Below, one piece after another: positions 29,201 to 42,049 of a DNA stretch of 64,000 nucleotides. Origin of the DNA: Eledone cirrhosa (taxonomy: Eukaryota); assembly GCA_964016885.1 (NCBI GenBank), contig OZ024740.1, forward strand, positions 196,974,001 to 197,038,000, written 5' to 3'. Within the stretch, counting starts at the first letter, position 1. The number at the start of each line of letters is the position of its first letter. The position numbers were made by a program, and so were the translations under genes. Below the pieces are notes generated by a model, which saw nothing but the letters and a program-made list of their open reading frames with translations, made no database searches and was not told the DNA's origin.

Positions 29201-29430
29201 TACTCATGTTGCTGAGTTTCACCAGGCCCCTGACATTCAGCAGCAGTACTGGTGTGACTTTTGGGGTGCCAGTAATGGCTGTCGGTATGACACCTGGTCT
29301 GGTGTCAGCGGTGGCCACTCTGGGTCCCTTAACTGCGGTGGTCTCGAGTGTTGGTGTGGATGACCCTGGCTCTGGAGACGATGCAGCCAGGTCAGCTGTC
29401 CCACAATCTTCTCTGCCATCACTAAAAAAT
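26201..29430 (-). mobile_element. CR1/L2-group LINE with nearly complete ORF2, frameshifted
   Basis: EN plus RT ORFs; 3' tail of 8-bp (TAAAAGAG) repeats at 26201-26227; both ends in (TA)n. Confidence 0.9.
26285..29318 (-). pseudogene. LINE ORF2 endonuclease-reverse transcriptase, frameshift near 27857
   Basis: EN motifs LLNVRGL, LTETHL, HGGVALYI, YRPP, GAFN (for GDFN), LSDH; RT motifs NYRPVSLTS, YLDFAKAFD, GVPQG, YADD. Confidence 0.9.
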
Positions 29431-29482
<52 letters not shown>

Positions 29483-29579
29483 TATATACAGATATATATA
29501 TATATACAGATATATATATATATATATATATATACAGATATATATATATATACAGATATATATATATATATATATATTC

Positions 29580-29646
<67 letters not shown>

Positions 29647-29989
29647 TATATATATATATACAGATATATATATACAGATATACATATATATACAGATATA
29701 CATATATATACAGATATACATATATATATATATATATATATAGATATATATATATATATATAGATATATATATATATATATAGATATATATATATATATA
29801 TAGATATATATATATATATACAGATATATATATATATATACAGATATATATATATATATTCAGATATATATATATATATACAGATATATATATATATATA
29901 TACAGATATATATATATATATACAGATATATATATATATATATATACAGATATATATATATATATACAGATATATATATATATATACAG

Positions 29990-30021
<32 letters not shown>
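29431..30021. repeat. (TA)n tract with CAGA/AGA interruptions
   Basis: Direct inspection. Confidence 0.95.
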
Positions 30022-30022
<1 letters not shown>

Positions 30023-30155
30023 GTTTTAATATAGATGAGATTCTACAGGACTAGAACTGTTTCATTCATTTGAAATCATCAGGAATCAGGATTCCTGATG
30101 ATTTCAAATGAATGAAACAGTTCTAGTCCTGTAGAATCTCATCTATATTAAAACT
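30022..30155. mobile_element. Inverted-repeat element family D with two divergent hammerheads
   Basis: ~65-bp perfect arms around 30088; HHR at 30039-30087(-) and 30090-30138(+). Confidence 0.85.
30090..30138 (+). ncRNA. Type I hammerhead ribozyme family D
   Basis: GAUUC-CUGAUGA-U-UUCA-AA-UGAA-U-GAAA-CAG-UUCUAGUC-CUG-UA-GAAUC. Confidence 0.8.
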
Positions 30156-30750
30156 GTTATACTCTGCTATGTATTGAGTACCTTACTTACTGTGGTTACC
30201 TCCGATTCAACCCGGAATAACGTATATATATATATATATATATATACAGATATATATATATATGTAAGTATATATGTATGTGTGTGTGTAAGTGTTTTTG
30301 TATGTGGTTGTGCGTATGTAAATATATTTTATTCTTTCCATCCTACTAAAACACTCTGGCCACCTGTGGCTTGTATGTTAACTTGACCACTCACCCCAGT
30401 CTGTGCCATGCTTCGGTCTTGTTAAATGTTTAATTTCTATTACCAACCCACCTAAAAAATTTCCCTACTATATATCTGTTGAATTACTATTCTTGGGGTT
30501 TTTATTTATTTATTTTTTGTTTAATTTTTGTTTAATTCTTTATTTATTTTATTTATTTATTCATTTATTTATTTATTTACTTATTTATTTATTTAAAAAA
30601 AGCACTCTGGCTAATTGACCACTCCCCATAGAAAAAACGGCCTGTGCCATGTAGTGGTCCTGTGTATCTAAATACCCCCCCCCCCTCCCCATCACCACCC
30701 TCCCTTGCCACTACCTAAATGTATAAATACCAGAACTTAATATGACACCC

Positions 30751-30801
30751 AGCTTCCTGAAGATTTCATCTGAATGAAACAGTACTAGTCCTGTAGAAGC
30801 T
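30751..30801 (+). ncRNA. Type I hammerhead ribozyme family D, diverged copy
   Basis: AGCUUC-CUGAAGA-U-UUCA-UC-UGAA-U-GAAA-CAG-UACUAGUC-CUG-UA-GAAGCU; stem I covaries with the 30090 copy. Confidence 0.85.
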
Positions 30802-30831
30802 CCTTCTATAAAATATATATATATATATATA

Positions 30832-30868
<37 letters not shown>

Positions 30869-31009
30869 GTATATATATATATATATATCTGTATATATAT
30901 ATATATATATATATATCTGTATATATATATATATATATATCTGTATATATATATATATATCTGTATATATATATATCTATCTGTATATATATATATATCT
31001 ATCTATCTG

Positions 31010-31088
<79 letters not shown>

Positions 31089-31089
<1 letters not shown>

Positions 31090-31707
31090 GGTTAATCGGC
31101 CGGGGCACCGAAAACGATAAACGGAAAAAATGAAACGAAATTTCATTTCTCACTCTTAGTACGGCTGTTACTTAAATATAAGTACGTCTGTATACATATA
31201 TGTATGTACGTATACATACTTATATTTAAGTAACAGTCGTACTAAGAGTGAGAAATGAAATTTCGTTTCATTTTTTTCCGTTTATCGTTTTCGGTACCCC
31301 GGCCGATTAACTCACTCGATATGCAAATTAGGCTGCTCATCCGTTAATATGCATAAGGAAAGTATATACTTTCAGATGTTCAACCATCTGGCAGGAAGGT
31401 ATACGTTGCTGACGATAGCTAATAAGCTTGAAACTAGTACAGCGTTCCTTTGTCAGTGTTGAACAAATGAGCAACGATGGTTGCTAGACACTGTACGGCT
31501 TAATTCGGGATGTTTGTTTACAAACACACCGAGCATTATAATAAATGTTCGGTGAATCCATACGTACATATATATATGTATGCATGTATGTATATATATA
31601 TATACATACTTCTGTATACATATATGTATGTACGTATACATACTTATATTTAAGTAACAGCCGTACTAAGAGTGAGAAAGGAAATTTTGTTTCATTTTTT
31701 CCGTTTA
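31089..31707 (+). mobile_element. Family B retrozyme-like element: inverted head, 424-bp monomer and partial repeat
   Basis: Fold-back 31089-31312; direct repeat at 31187 and 31611; HHR at 31403-31445(+). Confidence 0.8.
31403..31445 (+). ncRNA. Type I hammerhead ribozyme family B
   Basis: ACGUUG-CUGACGA-U-AGCU-AAUA-AGCU-U-GAAA-CUAG-UA-CAGCGU. Confidence 0.85.
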
Positions 31708-31756
31708 TATATACATCGATATATATATATATATATATACATCGATATATATATAT

Positions 31757-31827
<71 letters not shown>

Positions 31828-31885
31828 GATATATATATATATATAATATATACACATCGATATATATATACATCGATATATATAT

Positions 31886-31955
<70 letters not shown>

Positions 31956-32314
31956 GTGAGGTTTTTTTCACAAAATGAAAATAACCGAGGTGGTCCTACT
32001 CGAGTGAAAGTAAAAAAAAAAAAAGATGAAATCGAAAATGCAACTGGAGTCTTATTTTAGAAAAATATATATATATTTATTTGGTTCCTTTACCCGGTTT
32101 CGCAGTTCTTCTGCTTTTCAAAAGTAGAGTTGAGATGGAGGGTCTGTGGTTTTTTCTCACATCTATATATATATAGAGATATATAGATATATATATCAGC
32201 AGACTGACCAGTCAGTTTCCTGTATACGAGCGATAAATAGCCTGCTTTGCCAGATGCAAATAAAATTGAGGCTTGTTTACAAAATTGCAAACGAATCGAA
32301 TGTTATTATTAATA

Positions 32315-32504
32315 GGGGGCGGTGGGATTGGCAGTATAGGGAGAGGGTCGGACACCATGCTTTGACGTATAGAGTTACGGCCCTTGCCATTCTGTGTTCA
32401 AATCCCGCCGAGGTTAACTTTGCCTTTCATCCTTACGGGGTCGATAAAATAAAGTACCAGTAATGCACTGGGTAATTGATGGCATTGTGCTGAACGTAGA
32501 AACA
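32315..32504 (+). mobile_element. Meta-like SINE with 10-bp TSD
   Basis: ATTATTAATA at 32305-32314 and 32505-32514; empty-site paralog at 32880-32995. Confidence 0.8.
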
Positions 32505-33006
32505 ATTATTAATATTCGAAAAAACTCAGATTACATTTATTTGATTCAGCCATGTAGAGCGAAATTTTCTTTTTTACTTGAATTTGGCAAAGCCTGCCAT
32601 TTATTGCTCGTATACAGGAAACTGGCCAGTCTTCTGATTTGCAAATCTGGCTGATCAGTGGATCTGACTGATCAGCCAGTCTGCTAATATGCAAATCAGG
32701 CCGATGAGTCACTGTGTATTTTTTGAAAATAGCATATATTTTCACTAGCTCTGACAGTTTGGCAGGTGAACAGTGAGCTGTACTGATGAAGGGTGATACC
32801 CAGAAACATTAGTGCCTGCAGTTCTGTTCGTATGCCAACACAAGAGCAAGATTGAAGTGTTCATTCCACTGACATGGCTATAAAATTGAGGCTTGTTTGC
32901 AAAATTGCAAACAAATCGAATGTTATTATTAATATTTGAAAAACTCAGATTATATTTATTGTATTCAGCCATGTAGAGCGAAAATTTCTTTTTTATTATA
33001 TATATG

Positions 33007-33067
<61 letters not shown>

Positions 33068-33069
<2 letters not shown>

Positions 33070-34870
33070 ACTGGCGTAGCAGCATCATTAACTGCTACAA
33101 TGGTAAAGGAGATGCCCTAGATAGGGGAAACTGTAGAGGTATTAAATTAATTGACCAGGTCATGAAGGTCACAGAAAAAGGTATAGAGCAACTAATCAGA
33201 GAGCGAATTGATCTAAATGAAATGCAGTATGGGTTTTTGTCGGGTAAAAGTACCACAGACTACCTTTTCCTTGTACGACAACTACAGGAGATGCACCTAG
33301 CTAAAAGGAAACCCCTATACTTAGCTTTTGTCGACTTGGAGAAAGCCTTTGACAGAGTTCCGCGCGCCATTATCTGGTGGGCCCTTAGAAAACTAGGGTT
33401 TGATGAATGGCTTGTGAGAGCTATACAAGCTATGTATAAAGAAACAGTCAGCAAGGTTAGAATTAACAACGAATATAGTGAAGAATTTAGCGTAAAAGTT
33501 GGTGTTCATCAGGGCTCCGTCCTTAGCCTCCTCCTATTTATTATTGCCCTTCAGGCTATAACAGAGGAGTTCAAGACTGGCTGCCCATGGGAACTTCTAT
33601 ATGCAGATGATCTAACGCTCATAGCTGAATCGATGGCTGAACTAGGGAAGAAATTCCAAACATGGAAGCATGGCCTAGAATCAAAAGGCCTTAAAGTTAA
33701 CTTGTCTAAGACTAAAGTTCTAGTGTGTAGGAAGGAAAATAGGGCACAGGTCCCCTCTGGGAAATGGCCATGCTCAGTGTGTAGGAAAGGTGTAGGCAGA
33801 AATACCATTTTATGTCCCAAATGCAAAGTATTGGTGCATAAAAGATGTAGTGGGATCACAGGTAAGCTATCTAAGAACGTAGATTTTATATGTGGCTGGT
33901 GCTCAGGTGCAATAAGTAGCAAGTGCCCACAGGATACTAGCTCCTTCTATTGCCCAGACGGCTCTGTAGAAATAGTAGACACCTTCCGTTAGCTGGGTGA
34001 CAAAATCAGCAGTGGTGGAGGGAAGTTCAGAGAGCTTATACAACTATTAGCCGCTGAAGTTTTCTCTCTAAAAATGAAAGGCAGACTGTATGATGCCTGC
34101 ATACGAACAGCAATGTTACATGGCAGTGAGACCTGGGCAGTGTGTGCAGAGGATCTGCGCAGACTGGAGAGGAACGAAGCATGGATGCTCCGTTGGATGT
34201 GTAATACGTGAACAGCAGAGCATAAATGAACTAAGTGAGAAATTAGGAATAAGAGGGATCAGATGCTGTTTACTCGAGAGAAGACGACAGCTGTATAAAA
34301 AAGTGCAGGGCGATCAAAATTGACGGAAGAGTACGGAGTAGGCAGACCCAGAAAAACCCGGGACGATTTGATAAATTCCGACCTTTCACACTTACACCTC
34401 TCTAAGACAATGTCACTGGACCGAGATCTTTGACGCTACACAGTAATACAGAAGACCCGCCTTGCCTAAGTACAAAGCGAAACCTACAGTCAGTAGGCAC
34501 CTCTTAATCAAATATACACCCCATCCCACTACCTCATCACCACCCCACCCCCATCAACACCACCCCTTTCTCTGTAAAGTTATGTTGGTACCACAACATC
34601 CAGTCCTAAATAAATGAGGTCGTGTAGGTATCACGACAAAAAAAATAACCAGTCCACGCTGTAATGTGGCCCTGTAGGTAACACGGTAAAAACCTCCCAG
34701 TCCACACAAAACGTGGTTGGTGTTAGGAAGGGCATCCAGCCGTAGAAAACCTGCCAGACAGTCCTATACGAGCGAGACAACCAATCTTGCCTCAAGTGGG
34801 ATAATTCCCGTCTAAACCAATGCTAGCGTGGAAGATAGACGTTAAACGATGATGGTGAGGATGATGATGA

Positions 34871-34872
<2 letters not shown>
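33068..34872 (+). mobile_element. 5'-truncated, decayed RTE-clade LINE
   Basis: RT ORF 33162-33992 (FVDLEKAFD, GVHQGS, LLYADD) followed by a Cys/His cluster; stops and frameshifts downstream; (GAT)n tail. Confidence 0.9.
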
Positions 34873-34934
<62 letters not shown>

Positions 34935-34939
34935 AAGGA

Positions 34940-35270
34940 ATATATTTATGTATTTCGTTTCTGAATTTGTTTAGCAAGATTCTTTATCTGAAAACGTGTG
35001 TTGAAACCGATATTGTTATACTTTGGGAGGGTCATGTTGCCAATAAGAAACACACGCACCAGTTGCTTTCACTCCAATTTATTATAAATTAAATTGTAAA
35101 TTTAAAAATTTATAAATTTCCGGTTGGTTGGTTCCACAACTTGACGATTGTTCATATATTGTCAAAGTTCTTTCGTCACACATTCTGTGACCTCTTAAGT
35201 GGCTGGGGATTCTTTTTTTTTTTGTATTGTGCCTCTCTTTTGTTCTGTCCTACGCCATTTTGTTGGTGAT
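34940..35270 (-). mobile_element. Family F element with HHR-like motif (35161-35203; CUUAAGA core)
   Basis: Homologous to 11477-11800; GAAA intact, CUGA box mutated. Confidence 0.65.
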
Positions 35271-35286
35271 AAATTGGTGTGTGTAT

Positions 35287-35359
<73 letters not shown>

Positions 35360-35679
35360 CTGTATGTATATACATATTTGTATGTGTCTGATTCTTTAGC
35401 ACTCTCCGACGATGCAACCTATCCGGTTGCGAGAAAATGAGAGAGAGAGGGTGGGAGAGAAATAAGAATCCTCCATCGTATATCATTGGGCATATTTATT
35501 GCTTACAGAGTGTTGGAATGCAAAGTTGATATTAGCAGGATTTGAATGCGGACAGGAAGGAGCCAGAACCATCATAGCATTCATTTTAATTATGCTTTAC
35601 GAATTCTGACAATCTCCCGCTTTGTGGCTAATTACACAAAGTCTGAGAGAACTAAATTGGTCTGCCTAACCTGTAAAGT

Positions 35680-35975
35680 GGAGGCGCGTGGGCTAGTGGT
35701 AAGAGTATTGGACTTACGATCATGGTTTCGATTCCTAGACTGGATTGTGTGTTGTGTTGCTGAGCAAAACGCTTCATTTCACGTTGCTCCAGTATACTCA
35801 GCTGAAAATGAGTACCAGCAATAGCTGGGGGTTTAACCTAGCACTGGACTGAGGTCCTGTCCAGGGTGGGAGAGAGTGGGTGATCTTGTACTCTCAGTCA
35901 CTTAACGCCATGGAAGCCGGGAGAAGCACCGACCTGATGAGCCTCGGGACTTGAGACACACTTTAGACTTTTTTT
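35680..35975 (+). mobile_element. tRNA-derived CORE-like SINE
   Basis: ggaggcgcgtgggctagtggtaagagt, gtttcgattcc, ctgagcaaaacgctt; homologous to 44689-44971. Confidence 0.7.
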
Positions 35976-36177
35976 TTTAATCTGCATAATGCAGGCACTA
36001 GGATGAATAATGATTAATAAACACACATTTTTAGCATCTCAATCAAAAGTATATTATGTGGTTCAGCCATATATTTTACTGTAACCCAGAAAAAGATATG
36101 ACGTGTGTATACATATGAATCTGTTTATATATTTTCACGTATATACACACTGATACACACACACATTTTATATATAC

Positions 36178-36251
<74 letters not shown>

Positions 36252-36680
36252 AACTAGAGAATTTGAGAATTCATATATGGGTTAAAGGAGGAGTATATAT
36301 ACCGAGCAGAATAGTAGGTAAATAGTGAGATAGATAGGCAAAGGAATGTGGGAGTGCGTGCACACATCTACTGAGCGTTTCTACGAAGATGCGTTTTCTT
36401 TGGGTTTTTTGACAAATCAAAATATGTATTCATTTTCTCAATTTTTTTCTTTATCGCAAATCCCTGATTTTAAAAAAAAATGCTCTTTGTATACGGATCC
36501 TTTTTACCAAATGCAGACGTCGCGAATTCATTTTACTATATTTATTTATTATTATATATTATCACATTTCTATTTATCTAATATTGCGCACAGAGGCTAA
36601 CGTATACTCCCAAACTACTCGTCATATGACAAGTAACGCTCTAGTATTATTAATATTCTGTCAAGTTCCATCATATATAC

Positions 36681-39134
36681 CAGGGGTTCCCAACCTTTTT
36701 GTCGTTATCGCCCACTTTTCCACACACAAAAATTCCCATCGCCCCCCTGTGCAGTAATTTTAAGGACGCAAAAATAAAGCATTATTCAGAATGGTTGCTT
36801 AAAAAATGAAATATTTATTGAGATGAAATATTGCAAAATGGGCATTCGGAGTTGAAACGTTATTAAGAAGAATGAAGTTTTTGATTGCTAAATGTTTCTC
36901 AAGGAAACAAAATTGAAAAATGTTCCACAAACACACCATGTTTAGTTTTCACTGTGATCCTTGAGGCTGATACGACGCAGCTAGTGCAGACACATTTGGT
37001 TGTAAACTTGTCAATATTAATCGCAAGTCTCCTCATTTGGCTACATCCAGTCCACTTCTGCTTTTAGAAAGTAAAGTACCAACGTGGCTGAAACCAGATT
37101 CGACCAAGTACGACGTTGGGAAGGCAAGCAAAATTAATTTCAAATGCTTCTATAGGTTGGGGTAAGAATTCAATATACTTTGATGATACCACAAGCCTTC
37201 TTTGCCATGAAGCCGATATCGCATTGTGGCCTCATTATCATTTTGCAATTCGATTAGCTCCTCCTGAACGTCGTCCTCGCAATAGACTGCTTGGACTTCA
37301 AACAGATTGCTATACCAATTTGGAATATTCAATGTAATAACATCTTGAAATCGCTCCACCATGTTATCATGCAATGATTGTAGATAGTCACGATAGGTAA
37401 CGATATTCTCGTCAACCAATTCATCTTTCAAAGAATCCAGTTGTGGAAATTAATGCAATTGACGTTTGGAAATGTTTATTTTATACAGGACCAATTTCGA
37501 AATGAAGGCGGTGATAAATGATTTACAGTCGACAAGAGTTTTTTGCTTTCCTTGCAACAACTTAATCAAATCCTTAAGTTTAGTGAATATATGGCTCAGA
37601 AAGAAATATCACGCTTTGCAGTAATCAATGAAGCCGACAGAGGAGTACTTTCAAAGAAAGATATGATCACATGAAACAGTTGAACAACGCGAACAACACA
37701 GTTGCCCTTTGACAGCCATCGTACTTCGGTATGGTACAAAAGCCTAACAAAGTCATCATCATTATCGAGACACAGTTGACGGAAAATTCGATCAGACAAG
37801 GAATTTGATTTCAGTTTATTCACAGTCTTGATAACCAACTGCAGCGCATCATTCAACTGACCATTGATATTTTTTGCCACTAAATATTGTCGGTGTATGA
37901 CACAATGAATTGTTAAAATCTGTTGAGAAATTTCACGCTTTAGGAGAGATGAAAAACCTCTGTATCTTCCAAGCATGGAAGGGGGCCCCATCAGACGCAC
38001 AGGCAATAATAGTGGTCAGTGGGATATGATGTTCAGAAAGGAAACGCTTAAGCATATTGAATCAAGTAGCAAGTTCTCTGTGAACAGCATTTCCTCACAA
38101 GGTTGAAGGTATTCATTGAAATATCGAACATAAACCATCATCTAACATTGTTATCTATAACGGTTGACTCATCCACTTGTAGAGAAAATTCAGAACACTG
38201 GAGAATTTAAATGAGTTGATGTTTGCTATCGGTGGCCATTTCATCTATTCGTCGAGAAATTGTATTGTTACTAAGTGGAATTTTCTTGATAATTGTGTCG
38301 GACTTCTCGTGCATTACAGTCGACAGAACTTCTTCAATGACAGGTCGAAGCAATGTTTCTCCTATAGTGTGGGACTTCCCGATCTTTGCGACCAGTAATG
38401 CAATATTGTACGACGCAACCATACTGTCATTTTCCTGTACAGTTGCTTCCCTAAACATCGTGTTCAATGTTTTCCGCTTTTCGAAAGAGGCCTTAAGCTG
38501 CAAAAAAATATGACAACGGTTTGTCTTTTTTGTCAGAATGCTTGGAATCAAAATGATATTTCAAGCATGAAGGTTTCGTGGCTTCATTGCTCAAAGTTTG
38601 CTGGCATAGAAGACACATGGGTAGTTGAGAGTTCTGAGGAGAAGCAATAAATCCATATGATAAATAATCAATGCTGTACTGGCGACAAGTTTTCTTTACC
38701 GGAGGCATCAGAGAAATTAAAATTCTAAAAAAGAATTCATAGAGGCGGAATCGGCGAAGGCAGAAATTCACGATGCGCGACTACAGTAGTGTTAACACGT
38801 TTTGCCGTTGGTCTTGCGTCATCACCTGTTTTAGCTTACCGATGCACGCGGATGTGTGCGTGTCCAATGCGAGCTGTCCATGTGAGCTGTTCGGCAGCCG
38901 TAAACTGCTAGACATGAATCAGTTGAAAACAGATGAATTACAGTCATACAGCTGGATACTACTTCCTTAGTCTAGACTAGGGAAGAGCGAATCCGAGCTC
39001 TGTGATTACAGCATACCAGCCATTATATGATCAATAACATACTTAATTACCGAAAATCCTTTGTTACCCACCAAAATTTTAGATAGCCCACCATTTCCTA
39101 AAATTTCGTTCATCGCCCAGGCTGGGAAACCCTG
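36681..39134 (-). mobile_element. hAT DNA transposon (Buster/Charlie-type), full length but decayed
   Basis: TIRs CAGGGGTTCCCAACCT (36681-36696) and AGGCTGGGAAACCCTG (39119-39134); 8-bp TSD ATATATAC on both sides. Confidence 0.92.
36950..38709 (-). pseudogene. hAT transposase, fragmented by frameshifts and stops
   Basis: RQYSIDYLSYGF..CLLC..H BED-like finger; KSHTIGETL; PLSNNTISRRIDEMA; HCVIHRQYL; LYHTEVRWLSKG. Confidence 0.88.
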
Positions 39135-41725
39135 ATATATACCCTTCTCTAGAATGTACGTTAGAAGTATTTTATGTAAGAAACATTTTAAAGAAACTTC
39201 ATTCGGGTATATTCTTATACCAACCGATTTCTTCAAGAGCAGGTGAGAGGGTGTGGGTGAGACATGGATATAGAAGAAGAATCGACCTTTTTTTTTTTTT
39301 TTTTGTCAACCTCGAAAGGAGGAAAGCAAATTTGATTTTGGCGAGATTTAAAATCAAAGCGCGCAGAGCCGGAACGAATACCACAAAGCATTCTATCCGA
39401 CGTTCTAGTATAAAATACGTCGTGTAAATTTCTTTTCATCATTTTATACTTTCTATGTAAGAAAATATATTTTATGATACTATAAATATGTACACGTGTG
39501 CAACACAGTTGATAATATATACATGTATGTATAAACAGCTGTTAAAGTTTTTGCCGCTAGGCATGTTAGCGCCATCTGTCAAATGTTACTTTTACTTAAC
39601 TTAATTGTATTTGAACACTCACATGTGGTATATCTATATACTTAGAAATCACTTATACATTCACACGTGTTTTTATCTACAAGTAATTTTAAGGGTATAT
39701 AAGTGTGTAGACTTTTAAAAGACACTGCATATACAGCATCCTGATTACATAGCAGGCATAGACATGTAGTTACAACGTTCACTTCTGGGGTTCAGTCCTG
39801 CTGCACGGTATTATTGACAAGTGTCTTCTACTATAGCATAAGGCTGATAAATGCTTTGTGAGTGAAATTTGGTAGGCGGAAACTGAACTGCAGAAGACCG
39901 CCCTGTGTGTATGTGTGTGTGTGTATATATATGTATGTATGTATGTGTGTATGTATGTATGTATGTATGTGTGTGTGTGTGTGTGTGGAGAGAGAGAAAG
40001 GACCATATACCCAAGAGAATACACAATGTATTGTATATATACAAAGCACATATTTAAAAGAAAAATATGTACTCAGACAGAACAGGCGTGGTATATTTAT
40101 TTCCCATAACTTAGTGGTTCAAAAAATAAATCGATAAAATAAGTATCATCAAACTGGGAAAAATAGGTACCCTAGCATCGCCGCAGCCAAGTGGCTGAAG
40201 CTAGTAAAAAAAAATTGAATTATCATATAGTGATTATTTTTTCATTTACAAACATGTTTTATTAATAAAAAATATTTTTAAAATAGTAAACAAATATATT
40301 TCAAATAACAACAACACTACAGATATAGTGATTTAAAAAAATATATATATATAGTGACGCGTTTGTGTGTATATATAAACACATGAACAAAAAAAAGTTT
40401 TCTTTGAGAGTTATCTACCCTGATTATCAAACTTTTCCCTTTCGATCCTTATCTGATGGTCTTAATTTCGCTAGAGATGAAAGAGAGAATATTATTTGTC
40501 GAAGATTTCAGCTTCTGTGTATGTATGAATAGTATATTATGTGGAGGTATGTATGTCCGAAGGGGAGAGTCAATACTAGGCTTCATCTAGGTTATGATTC
40601 TAATATATTTGGGTGAGGCTATTGAAAAATGTGAACACAGATGAAATTCTAAATGCAAGCAATACTTGTTTGGTAACTAGTCTTCTTGGGATAGAACCTA
40701 TTGGAGAAGCGTCTGCTATGTTTGGATAGCAGAAGGATTATATAAGGTTAGAACAGAGATCAGCAACTTCTTTTTAATAACCAACGTCTTGCTCATACGT
40801 CTTGTCATTTTTGACATGGTTTCTAAAGATGGATGCCCTTCCTAATGTCAATGACTTTACAAATTGTAATTTGTACATTATACCTTGACACCAGCACTAC
40901 CTCTTTACAGAGAGAAGACCGGGTGCATTTTATTGTGGCATCAGCACTACCACTTTACAAAGTGTACTGAGTACATTTTATTGTTAGTGCATTTATCAAT
41001 GTATATCTTAGATATTAACATTTGAAAAGAAAACATAAATGGGTCACTTTTGGACCACAGCCCAACTGTTGCCAACTTCTGGGTTAGAAAGAGAGAGGTG
41101 GATGTAATGTTTGAGAAATCAATCGACTATAGGTGAACACAACAATTAGACCGAAAGTAGAATGTATGTGTGTGGAGGGGGGGGGGGGGGTACTTGTAAA
41201 TATAAAGAAATTTTGAATGTGTTAAGATTTTTAGTTATGTGAAAAATGAAGGTGTCTCAAGAATGCGTTGAAAATTGTTAGGTACATTAACGTTAGTAGA
41301 TATGTATCTATGTGCAAACATACTGGCATATGTACTTGTCTTGTGAGAGGGTATGTCTCTGTGTGTATATAAATATATATATATATATATATACACAGAG
41401 ATTGTTGGTTTCAATGAACAGGAGAAAAAGTACTCAGTAGCATCGAATATAAGTGTTTAATTTAGATGATGCCAAAATAAACGTTTGTGTGTATACACGT
41501 GTATGTGTATACACACACACATCTATCTCTCTATCTCTCTATCTATCTATCTATCTATCTTTATATATATATTTATATATATGTCCATGTGTGTGTGTGT
41601 GTTATATTTACATAATAGATGGAGCACTGTCACCTCAGGAAACAGGAATTTGTGGAAATGCTGAGTAGCAGAGCAAAATGCCAAATAAATTCAATAATTA
41701 TATCCTGCAATGCAATGTATGTACA

Positions 41726-41780
<55 letters not shown>

Positions 41781-42049
41781 GTGTGTGTGTGTGTGTAACT
41801 CCTGATGGAGTTGTAGGGTCGTTGGAGTGGCATATGATATGTTAGGGGAATTTTTAGCCCGGCAGAGCCCATCATTTCTCTGGACTTGAATACAGCCAAT
41901 TTCTTCCAGAGAACAAGAAAGACAGGAAGTAAGAAAGAGATACAGAATAAGAATCGACTCCAGTACTGGCATAGTTGACCTCGGTGGGATTTGAATTCAG
42001 TGCACAGAAAGCTGGAACGAATACCGTAAAGCATTCTAACAACTCTGCT

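Noticed and set aside
29237-29422. C-terminus of LINE ORF1
   Set aside because: Position fits, but it is too short and has no diagnostic motif
34940-35000. LLNKFRNEI as a Penelope ORF terminus in family F
   Set aside because: Resemblance is too short and lies downstream of the HHR without a supporting frame
35930-35970. CTGATGA in SINE tail as a hammerhead (also ~44937 and 5247)
   Set aside because: No properly placed GAAA, stem III or stem I
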